Virus record (IMG/VR): IMGVR_UViG_3300042691_053485
Location: 96,001 to 160,000 of that record
Origin: a virus
Length of the DNA stretch: 64,000 nucleotides
Reading direction: 5' to 3' (one strand)
Made by a program: the position numbers and the translations under genes. A model generated the notes under the pieces. That model saw nothing but the letters and a program-made list of their open reading frames with translations, ran no database searches and was not told the DNA's origin. Position 1 is the stretch's first letter; every line of letters starts with the position of its first letter. Shown one piece after another: positions 27,720-35,670 of this stretch.

Positions 27720-27751
27720 TATAAATAGTTAGCCACAAAGATATATTTATA
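27720..27751. promoter_or_regulatory. Divergent pair of TATTTATA boxes (minus 27720-27727; plus 27744-27751)
   Basis: Each points at the adjacent start (27710 minus, 27763 plus). Confidence 0.55.
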
Positions 27752-27762
27752 TAAAAAAAACA

Positions 27763-27975
27763 ATGAAATGTAACCCAAATAAAAAGGATAGATGTTTCCC
27801 ATCCTCAAAAATGCTATTTAAAGCAGAAGAGTATAAGGATGGAGATGTAAATACAATTCTGACCGCTTTTTCAAATAGATTTGGACAAGCAGAACCTTCG
27901 GGGCTATTTTGGCTAACCCCTGAAGGTAACTACTGGTCTCTTCCAAATAACGAACCTTGGCTTATTGAGCCATAA
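27763..27975 (+). CDS. Hypothetical 70-aa protein
   Basis: TATTTATA box and A-rich start; convergent overlap with the primase-helicase end. Confidence 0.55.
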   Translation: MKCNPNKKDRCFPSSKMLFKAEEYKDGDVNTILTAFSNRFGQAEPSGLFWLTPEGNYWSLPNNEPWLIEP

Positions 27976-30900
27976 TGCCGTCTAGCGACATTGTTGCATG
28001 ATAGTTTAAGTCAGAAAATATCTCCGTAGCATATTTTTCATAGATTTCACTATCCGTTAAATCATCATCATGCTTTTCAAGTAGATTAATTCTACGTAAG
28101 GGAGTTATTGTAATTTCTGATAACTCTTCCGGGGATAGAGCTGTAATTGAATAAGTGTTTGTTTTTTTACCCTTTACACTCTTTGCCCCAACTCTCACAA
28201 AAGTGAAGTAATCGTGAATCAACCGCATTGCATTCCTTGTTGAAAGTGGATAGGATGACAAAATTGGGAGCTTCGAGCGGATTTTATTAATCTTCTTCGC
28301 AAGTTCCTCATTTGTTACTGCACGTTTCGATTCAAGCATTTCTGCACCCCACTTCATTATGTGATTGGTAAATGTTGATATCTCATTGACAATTTTTATA
28401 CCTGCCATTCGATAATGGATGCTATCGCCCTCAAGTCGCTCTTCCAAGTCAAAATATTCCTTTAATACGCCTATCGGATTTTCAGTTTCCCCGGTAATTG
28501 ATGAAACTCTTGATGAAAGTTCCTTTGGAGAAAGATAAATGTTAGTTTCGGCTTTTACTTCTTGTTTTCTAAGCTCTTTATACCAATCAAACATCTTTTT
28601 AGCAAACTTACTTGAACTATCTTTATTCTTTTTGTTTACCCCTAGTGCAAGCGAGACTTGAACGGTAATTTGCCTTGCAATTTTAGTCCAAATTCTATCA
28701 GATAGTTTGTGATTTGAAACCCAGTCGCGCATCAAAGTGAGTGCATCTTCAAAAGACATACTATTTACAAGATACTTAACCTTTGCCCGAAGAGTAACTT
28801 GTAATTGCGGCTTTTCTAAAGATTCGACCTCTTTAAGGTTTGAATCCTCGACTTTACTCACACAAGTGTCTTCACCCTCAACTTCAATATCATCCAATAT
28901 AGACAAGGCAAAAGCAATATTTTGCTCTTTCCGCTCAGCTTTAGACGTATCAAGGTAAGACTTGTCGTCAACATCTAACTTTTCAGCAATAACGATTTCA
29001 TCTTTAAAAACCCAATTATACTCATTCAAAAGAATCTTCATAAATTCAAGATTCTTTGCAGCATAATTTTTTTCCTCTTGATATGCCATATTTGCAATTG
29101 AAAGATAATCTACCTCCCAAATACCATTATTATTGCGGTATAATGCACTTTTACCGAAAATCTGCTGAGAGAACATTTTCATTGATGATTTCAGGCTTAT
29201 ACTATCACCGGATGTATAAGCTCTTGAGAACAATTCCAAACCCTCTTTTGCAGTTTTTATAAGCTTCTTTTGAATTTCAATAACATCAACATGGTCAGTA
29301 TCAACTTCTTCAGGCTTATCAATTGGCTTGTAGATGTAAATCATACTTTCCACCTTGTTCCCCTTTGTATAAACATCACGAAGTCGGTTCACAAATTGTT
29401 CCATATTAATTGCACTTTCGGGGGTAAGGAAGTGAACAGTTTTAAAGTCGCTGTTGTAGATGTTTACCCCCTCAACAACAACAGAAGTGCAGATTACAAT
29501 ATCATAAGAATCTTGAACAAGTTCATTTTCGATGAGATAATTGAAACCTTCACTTTCTTTTTGGTCTGCATTAAGTAACAAAATACGCTCCTTATTCCAA
29601 CCTTTTAACTCTAAAAAGTCGATAAGCGAACCTAATTGACCATCCTCTTTTTTATTTTGCAGGTAAATCATGTTCTTACCATTCCTTGACAGTAACTGCT
29701 CTACTGCTACAAAAAGATTGTCATATCGTATAGGTGTGCAAATCTTTTCCGGAGTTTGCTTCCAATTAGTCCTCACAATCTCAAAATTTGAAAGTGCCGG
29801 GTGTAAAACAGGAAACATTGTCCCGGTTAAAAAATTAACGGTTTTAAAAAGGTGGATATTATCTAATATGTAATTCAGTTCAAATCCACGGAACTCAGGG
29901 TTTGAGCTTACGGCAAGATTATGTTCCTCGTCAAAGAAAAGGTCATAATCTTCGATTTTTACATTTTCCCACTTCTTCATTATTTTTAAGAGATTAGGAA
30001 AACTACTATATGTACAAACAATCAGGTCATCCCCTTCTTGAACATTCTTTTTGTCCCGATAAAAAACTGATGCTTTGTATCCGATTTGAATACCCTTCAA
30101 CAATGGAATAATTGGGACTAAAATAATGCTTCTCGAACCTTGCTGAGGTTCACAAATCCAAGTAGTTTTCCCTTGACCTGTGTTACCCCAAACAATTTGA
30201 TTGTTTGCTCGCTCAAGCCCAATTTGATTGATATATTGCCCACGTTCCAAGAAATATTCCTTCTTAATGTTATATCGTTCGCGTATTTTTTCAGGGGTTA
30301 AAATCTTTACAATTCTTACGCCAAACCGCCAAGCATCTAATGTGTACACGTATTTGGCTATATCATCAAGATATTCATAGAACATATCTTCAACCCCTTG
30401 TCGCTGTTTATAAGCTACGGTATTTGAGAATTCGAAGTATTGGTCGAACTCATCTTTCAAAGACTTTAAAAACTCACATGAAGCCTCCTTTATAATCCCA
30501 AGATGTTTAGAGTTTCTTAGGATGTAGATTAAAGTTTCAATAAAGTTTGCTTGGCTTAGTCCACCAAATATACTTTGGCTATTCGAGATAATCTCTGCCA
30601 TGGTCTCATTCATTTTTCCAACAAAGGAGTCCACTCTTATCAATTTATAAGAGTTTTCAATTGCCCAAGATTCGAAACTCGACAATCTGTTTTTTACTCC
30701 CGTTTCTGTTATAGCCCTTAAAATTCCAAAGTGATAGTAGGTATCTCCATAAATCTCTTTAGCAATTTTGTAAACTTCTTTGGAAGTTTCTTGACCTTTC
30801 GAAAGAAAATCTAAAAGCTCATTTCGCAAAATACCTGCCTCTTTGGCTTTTATTGCAATCTTCTTCACTTTGTCTTGCTCACTGATGTTTGGATAGCCAA

Positions 30901-31999
30901 ATATATCTGCATACAATATTGAAAGGTACATTTTTACATTTCCGGAGAATTTTCTACCTACGGAATAAATTGTATAGTCACCAAAAGAGTTGTCGATATT
31001 TTGACACCCGAATTGCTCACCGTAATAGCTCTCAACAACATCAATGATTTCATGCTGAACAATATCAACGGTCTTGTGAGTGAAGATTGGATATGACGCA
31101 TCCTTTCCAATAAGATATTCTAATCCATATTGGAGATTTATTCCCATTTTGTTGCAAAATGTGAAGAAGTTAAAAAAGAATTTATAACCTAATCCACCAA
31201 ACCCATACTTTCCATCACGCCAAGATGAATCATTTCGATAAAATGATTCAAAGAAGTAGTCAAGTAAATCGGCGGCTATTTCAGTAGGAATAGCATCACT
31301 TTTAACCGAAGTAGTTTGAACTTCTTTATATTCTGAAGCTTCAATGGGGCTGACATCTTTATCATCACGAATAAAAATATCGGGGTCTGACGGTAAAACA
31401 TTACATCTTGTAATATCTTTCGTTTGAGGGTCAATAGTTATACCCCAATCTTTAAACATCAGATTAATTTTCTCCCAAGTTGCCTTGAAATTTTCCAGCG
31501 TCAAGTTATTTACCTTGACTAAAAAACCAAGACCATCACCACCAAAGGAGTCCCAAACTGCTTTTACAAACGGTAAACTTTTGCCACTTAGGATTTTTTT
31601 CACATAGAGCTTAGCACTTGTTATATCGGAAGCCTTCCCCCTCTCAATCAGAGAGGAAAATGTATCTACGTCAAAATAGATATATCCCGATGGAAACTGG
31701 ACTTTTTTCAGCTCTCGTTTTTCTTCAACAAAGCAATTCCATGTTACAACCCGGCATTGTGTGCTTTTGACGTGGTTATATTCATTTCTTTCAACAAATT
31801 CAAAAGCATTATGCCTCCAAACCCTGTCTTTGTGGACAAGGTTGGAGTTTTGTTTTCCCCCGAGTTTGGGGTCTGACTTAGCAAACTGTATTTTTTTTTC
31901 TTGGGGATTGTTTTGGATGTATTGTAATGCCTCCTCAATAGTGAAACTTCCGGATGGCTTAGACGACCTGTCTAGGGATGAAAAGTGGCTTATACGCAT
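27962..31999 (-). CDS. Primase-helicase polyprotein: BT4734/VirE-N-like (AEP) N-terminus and SF2 helicase C-terminus
   Basis: N-term YIYFDVD, DSFGGDGLGFLV, DPQTKDITRCNVLPSDP; C-term GNTGQGKT, FFDEEH, LTGT, CTSVVVEGVNI, QFVNRLR. Confidence 0.7.
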   Translation of the reverse strand: MRISHFSSLDRSSKPSGSFTIEEALQYIQNNPQEKKIQFAKSDPKLGGKQNSNLVHKDRVWRHNAFEFVERNEYNHVKSTQCRVVTWNCFVEEKRELKKVQFPSGYIYFDVDTFSSLIERGKASDITSAKLYVKKILSGKSLPFVKAVWDSFGGDGLGFLVKVNNLTLENFKATWEKINLMFKDWGITIDPQTKDITRCNVLPSDPDIFIRDDKDVSPIEASEYKEVQTTSVKSDAIPTEIAADLLDYFFESFYRNDSSWRDGKYGFGGLGYKFFFNFFTFCNKMGINLQYGLEYLIGKDASYPIFTHKTVDIVQHEIIDVVESYYGEQFGCQNIDNSFGDYTIYSVGRKFSGNVKMYLSILYADIFGYPNISEQDKVKKIAIKAKEAGILRNELLDFLSKGQETSKEVYKIAKEIYGDTYYHFGILRAITETGVKNRLSSFESWAIENSYKLIRVDSFVGKMNETMAEIISNSQSIFGGLSQANFIETLIYILRNSKHLGIIKEASCEFLKSLKDEFDQYFEFSNTVAYKQRQGVEDMFYEYLDDIAKYVYTLDAWRFGVRIVKILTPEKIRERYNIKKEYFLERGQYINQIGLERANNQIVWGNTGQGKTTWICEPQQGSRSIILVPIIPLLKGIQIGYKASVFYRDKKNVQEGDDLIVCTYSSFPNLLKIMKKWENVKIEDYDLFFDEEHNLAVSSNPEFRGFELNYILDNIHLFKTVNFLTGTMFPVLHPALSNFEIVRTNWKQTPEKICTPIRYDNLFVAVEQLLSRNGKNMIYLQNKKEDGQLGSLIDFLELKGWNKERILLLNADQKESEGFNYLIENELVQDSYDIVICTSVVVEGVNIYNSDFKTVHFLTPESAINMEQFVNRLRDVYTKGNKVESMIYIYKPIDKPEEVDTDHVDVIEIQKKLIKTAKEGLELFSRAYTSGDSISLKSSMKMFSQQIFGKSALYRNNNGIWEVDYLSIANMAYQEEKNYAAKNLEFMKILLNEYNWVFKDEIVIAEKLDVDDKSYLDTSKAERKEQNIAFALSILDDIEVEGEDTCVSKVEDSNLKEVESLEKPQLQVTLRAKVKYLVNSMSFEDALTLMRDWVSNHKLSDRIWTKIARQITVQVSLALGVNKKNKDSSSKFAKKMFDWYKELRKQEVKAETNIYLSPKELSSRVSSITGETENPIGVLKEYFDLEERLEGDSIHYRMAGIKIVNEISTFTNHIMKWGAEMLESKRAVTNEELAKKINKIRSKLPILSSYPLSTRNAMRLIHDYFTFVRVGAKSVKGKKTNTYSITALSPEELSEITITPLRRINLLEKHDDDLTDSEIYEKYATEIFSDLNYHATMSLDGIMAQ

Positions 32000-32021
32000 G
32001 AATCTGCAATGGATTTACAGT

Positions 32022-32029
32022 TATAAATA
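32022..32029 (-). promoter_or_regulatory. TATTTATA box
   Basis: 22 nt upstream of the minus-strand ATG at 31999. Confidence 0.45.
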
Positions 32030-32059
32030 AGCCTATAACAATCAAAAATCAAAAAAAGT

Positions 32060-32482
32060 TTACTTTATGAAAACAATTTTATCAACCCTCATAAATTCCT
32101 TGAGTTGGTCGATTGTATTTTTAGTTCCTGATTTTTTTAACATAAATGTGTTGAGTTTGTTAGTCCTCACCACAGCCCAAAGTTCATCTCCTGTTGAATC
32201 AACACCTGACTCGTCAGGAACGCGATAGTAAACATGACTACCTTGGTCATGTGCATATTTATGTCCCTTGTCAACCACAAAGCGATGAATCAAAACGCCG
32301 TATGAGAGTGATGGGGTGAAATGCTTATTTTTTATATATTGAACCTTATCCATTATTTCAGCATATTCATCAGGGCTTAACTCAAGCTTGTCAAGCCGAC
32401 TTTTTAATCGTTCATTGAAATGTTGTGTTGGATATGCTTCATCGACAAGATGTTTAAATTCTTCAGAGATAAGGATTCTCAT
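32060..32482 (-). CDS. Hypothetical protein (start MRILISEEF...)
   Basis: ATG at 32482, preceded by a TATTTATA box at 32495-32502 and lying downstream of the terminator. Confidence 0.65.
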   Translation of the reverse strand: MRILISEEFKHLVDEAYPTQHFNERLKSRLDKLELSPDEYAEIMDKVQYIKNKHFTPSLSYGVLIHRFVVDKGHKYAHDQGSHVYYRVPDESGVDSTGDELWAVVRTNKLNTFMLKKSGTKNTIDQLKEFMRVDKIVFIK

Positions 32483-32494
32483 ATTTATTTTTAA

Positions 32495-32502
32495 TATAAA
32501 TA
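32495..32502 (-). promoter_or_regulatory. TATTTATA box
   Basis: 12 nt upstream of the minus-strand ATG at 32482. Confidence 0.6.
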
Positions 32503-32511
32503 TTTGGAAAT

Positions 32512-32544
32512 AAAAAAAGCCGGGCATGTCCCGGCTTTTTTTTT
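32512..32544. terminator. Bidirectional terminator closing the tRNA unit
   Basis: A7-GCCGGG-catgt-CCCGGC-T9. Confidence 0.85.
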
Positions 32545-32571
32545 CACTTGATTAATAATTACAATATTTCG

Positions 32572-32644
32572 TATAAGTGACAGGACTCGAACCTGCGACC
32601 ACTGGCTCCCAAAACCAGAGTTCTACCAACTGAACTACACCTAT
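32572..32644 (-). tRNA. tRNA-Pro(TGG)
   Basis: ATAGGTG/CACTTAT acceptor, GTTC/GAAC D-stem, CTGGT-TTTGGGA-GCCAG anticodon arm, GCAGG-TTCGAGT-CCTGT T-arm; no encoded CCA. Confidence 0.95.
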
Positions 32645-32656
32645 ATATAAGTACCG

Positions 32657-32932
32657 TTCTCAAAAACTTGTACAAATTTGTACATGGGTAGTTTTTGTTC
32701 CTAATTCATCGACAGGCTGTGCACTGAAAAGTGTCGAACTCCCATCTCCAAAGGCTGTCACGGTGGAACTCACCGCCATTTTGCATTTGTACAACATTGT
32801 TAGATTTTATTTTGACGCTTGACTTTGGTTTTCAGTACTTTGTCAGAAAATTTGTCGTTTGTTGCACTAATATTCAGGCTTTACTTCAAAAAGCCTACAA
32901 TATATATCTACTAACACAGATTTGTTTGAGAA
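32657..32932 (-). ncRNA. Candidate structured non-coding RNA between the two tRNAs
   Basis: Nested helices 32657-64/32925-32, 32710-14/32853-57, 32721-30/32829-38, 32748-53/32823-28; hairpins at 32761-75 and 32876-96; TTCGA T-loop-like motif. Confidence 0.45.
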
Positions 32933-32966
32933 AGTTCCATAATAGATAGAAATTTTTCAACAGTTG

Positions 32967-33046
32967 TACCCCCGAAGCGACTCGAACGCTCAATGGAACC
33001 GGTTCTAAGCCGGGTGGCTGTGCCAATTTGCCTCATCCACAGGGGC
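32967..33046 (-). tRNA. tRNA-Leu(TAG), atypical
   Basis: GCCCCTG/CGGGGGT acceptor, CCGG-CTTAGAA-CCGG anticodon arm, GAGCG-TTCGAGT-CGCTT T-arm; 5 extra nt before the D-stem and a short variable region. Confidence 0.8.
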
Positions 33047-33055
33047 ATTTGTAAA

Positions 33056-33496
33056 CTACAAAGTTTGTGCCAACTTCATCGCCTCTTTAATTGCCTCAAG
33101 TTGGGTGTGATGAACTGTTATTTTTCCTGACAAAATATCATCAACAGCTATTAATCTGATAATTGAAAATTCAGGGTACTCAACACCATCTTGAGTAAAA
33201 AAGCTATTACATTTTAAGTTAATCGGTTCAACTTCAGTAACACAAAGAAATGGGACAAGCTCTTTATTTCGTCCCTTGTATTTCCTTGGAGTTAAATGGT
33301 AAACATCAGAAGAATCTATAAAGTTCCTTGGAATATTAGATTCTTCATATAATTCTCTTAAAGCAGCCTGTATATTGTTCTCACTCTCATCTTTTCGCCC
33401 CTTTGGAATAGACCAAACAGTTGAATTTGGCGGCGCCCCAAGAACAATTTTATTTTCAGGTTTAAAATAAACAATAAATCCACATGAAGTTTCCAT
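33056..33496 (-). CDS. NUDIX hydrolase
   Basis: PKGRKDESENNIQAALRELYEES Nudix box. Confidence 0.9.
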   Translation of the reverse strand: METSCGFIVYFKPENKIVLGAPPNSTVWSIPKGRKDESENNIQAALRELYEESNIPRNFIDSSDVYHLTPRKYKGRNKELVPFLCVTEVEPINLKCNSFFTQDGVEYPEFSIIRLIAVDDILSGKITVHHTQLEAIKEAMKLAQTL

Positions 33497-33584
33497 ATTT
33501 TCTTTAGAAGCTTAAACAACAAAATCCCTTAAAAAGTTTAATTACCACTTACAATTAAATATCTTAACAAAAAGGCTAAACAGA

Positions 33585-33592
33585 TATTTATG
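33585..33592 (+). promoter_or_regulatory. TATTTATG (near-consensus box)
   Basis: 7 nt upstream of the baseplate J-like ATG. Confidence 0.5.
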
Positions 33593-33599
33593 AGAAAAA

Positions 33600-35423
33600 A
33601 TGCAGAAGAAGATTAACTATTATACTAGAGATTTTGCAGGTATTAGAGGTGAACTTATAAATTTCACAAGAAAGCATTTTCCTGAAACATATACCGAATT
33701 TGATGATGCTTCGATTGGGATGCTGCTTCTCGAATTAAATGCCGCCGTTGGGGATATGTTATCGTTCAATATTGACCGTGTTGCACAAGAAAACCTTATT
33801 GAGCATGCACAAGAAAAAAGGTCGATAATGGCACTTGCTAGGACATTCGGCTTAAAAATCCCATTTAGAAGACCCTCAATCACAATTTGTGACTTTAGTG
33901 TTGAAGTTCCTGTAAATGGTGACTCCTTCGACCTTTCCTATGCCCCGCTGATTGTTAGGGGTGCTGAAGTCGTCGGTGGAGGACAATCATTTGAAGCATT
34001 ATACGATATTGATTTTTCATCACCGTTCAATACCCAAGGGCTTCCAAATCGGACTATAATTCCAAATGTCGATGGTGCAGGTCGTATCAACTCTTATACT
34101 TTAACAAAAAGAGAGCTAGTGGTCGCAGGAAAAACAAAATTCTTCAAAAGACCAATAACTTCATCTGATGTTAAACCTTTCTTTTCAATAGATTTACCGG
34201 ATTCAGATGTTCTTTCTGTTGAAAGTATAATTTCTTTAGAGGGAGTAAATTATGAATCCGTTCCGACACTTGCACAACAAACTGACCCTGATAACCTTTG
34301 GTATGCAGTAAACTCATTGGCTGAAAGTAAAATATTTTTCGAGCAGCCATTGCAACCTTCAGATAAACGCGGGGTTTTAGTTGGTAAATGGGAGAGTGTA
34401 TCAAGAAGATTTATTTGGGAATATTCAGATAAGGGATTTGTTACAGTTCGATTTGGTAACGGAGTTCAAGACACGAGCTCGTCATCAGAGTACCTCACTG
34501 ACTCTGATGCTTTTTTAGCCCAAATTCAAAACTATGTTAATGACAGTTCTTTAGGGGATGTTCCAAAGGCTAATACGACGATGTTTATTAAATATCGAGT
34601 TGGTGGAGGAACATCAAGCATCGTTGGGGCAAATACCTTGACTCGAATGGGCAATTTCACTATCTTGGTTGGCGGGCAAAACACAAGTACAAATCAACGT
34701 GTAAAGGGTTCACTAACGGTTAACAATGTTCTTCCTAGTTTTGGAGGCTCAGATGCACCCTCAGTTGAAGAATTGAGAAATCTCACGAAATATAATTTTG
34801 CCGCACAAAACCGCTGTGTGCTATTAAAGGATTATTATAGCCGAATTTACTTGATGGATGGAAAGTTCGGCGTTCCATACAAAGCATCTGTATCAAAGGT
34901 AGAAAACAAAGTTGAAATCAGTGTTGTAGGGTTAGATGAATCGGGTAAATTATCTAACACATCAACAAAAACAATGAAAGACAACATTTCTAACTATCTT
35001 GAACAATATAAAAGCCCCAATGATTACATAAGTGTGAAAGACGGAAAAATTTTAAATATCGGATTCGACTTTGACTTATTTATTGACCCTGCATTCAGTC
35101 GAAATGAAATAGCAGCAGCAGTGGTAAGTGAAACAAATTCATTTATTCAAGAGCAAAACTTAATAATGGGGCAAGACATTTATCTATCCTCTCTTATGGA
35201 AAGAATCAATAATATTGGTGGTGTATTAAATATTGTTTCTTTCAGAGTGTATAATAAGGTCGGGCAAGGATTATATTCTTTAAACAAAATAGGGCAGCCT
35301 TTAACAAATTCTGTAACAGGTGAGATTGACTTGATGGGTAAAAATGCTGTATTTGCTGCCTACGATGAAATTTTTGAGATAAAATATCCTGAAAAGGACA
35401 TAAGAGTTAGATTCCAAGTGTAA
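33600..35423 (+). CDS. Baseplate wedge protein, gp6/J-like
   Basis: YTRDF..IR.ELI; LLELNAAVGDMLSF.ID; VRFGNG; YRVGGG; GGSD..SVEELR; QNRCV...DY. Confidence 0.9.
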   Translation: MQKKINYYTRDFAGIRGELINFTRKHFPETYTEFDDASIGMLLLELNAAVGDMLSFNIDRVAQENLIEHAQEKRSIMALARTFGLKIPFRRPSITICDFSVEVPVNGDSFDLSYAPLIVRGAEVVGGGQSFEALYDIDFSSPFNTQGLPNRTIIPNVDGAGRINSYTLTKRELVVAGKTKFFKRPITSSDVKPFFSIDLPDSDVLSVESIISLEGVNYESVPTLAQQTDPDNLWYAVNSLAESKIFFEQPLQPSDKRGVLVGKWESVSRRFIWEYSDKGFVTVRFGNGVQDTSSSSEYLTDSDAFLAQIQNYVNDSSLGDVPKANTTMFIKYRVGGGTSSIVGANTLTRMGNFTILVGGQNTSTNQRVKGSLTVNNVLPSFGGSDAPSVEELRNLTKYNFAAQNRCVLLKDYYSRIYLMDGKFGVPYKASVSKVENKVEISVVGLDESGKLSNTSTKTMKDNISNYLEQYKSPNDYISVKDGKILNIGFDFDLFIDPAFSRNEIAAAVVSETNSFIQEQNLIMGQDIYLSSLMERINNIGGVLNIVSFRVYNKVGQGLYSLNKIGQPLTNSVTGEIDLMGKNAVFAAYDEIFEIKYPEKDIRVRFQV

Positions 35424-35424
35424 A

Positions 35425-35670
35425 ATGAGTTGTAAAAAATGTAATAAAAAAAGGTTATTCAACCTATCAGGTGGACAAGGTAAAGCAGATTCATCAATAA
35501 ATCCGGTATTTAGTGGTTGGTTTGGAAAAATTGCATATTTCTTAATACTTTTGATTGTAGCCTGCACACCTATAATAAATATTGTTGCCATTTACCTGTT
35601 CGCAAAGGCAGTCTTTGGCGGCAATAAAAAAATGATTGAAAATGAACATCAGAATCCCAACATCAACTAA
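35425..35670 (+). CDS. Small membrane protein with N-terminal CxxC
   Basis: MSCKKC start; hydrophobic stretch IAYFLILLIVACTPIINIVAIYLFA. Confidence 0.6.
   Translation: MSCKKCNKKRLFNLSGGQGKADSSINPVFSGWFGKIAYFLILLIVACTPIINIVAIYLFAKAVFGGNKKMIENEHQNPNIN

Noticed and set aside
27703-27737. TTAGCCACA direct repeat, including a GTTAGCC resembling an attC R'
   Set aside because: No hairpin arms nearby; it sits in a short divergent promoter region.
32700-32870. tmRNA (TTAGT-GCA-ACA-AAC-GAC resembles a resume codon context; GGAGTTCGAC resembles a T-arm)
   Set aside because: No G3-U70 acceptor stem, no 5' GGGG end, no CCA, and the putative tag ends KRQNKI rather than a hydrophobic AA-type tail; kept only as an unknown ncRNA candidate.
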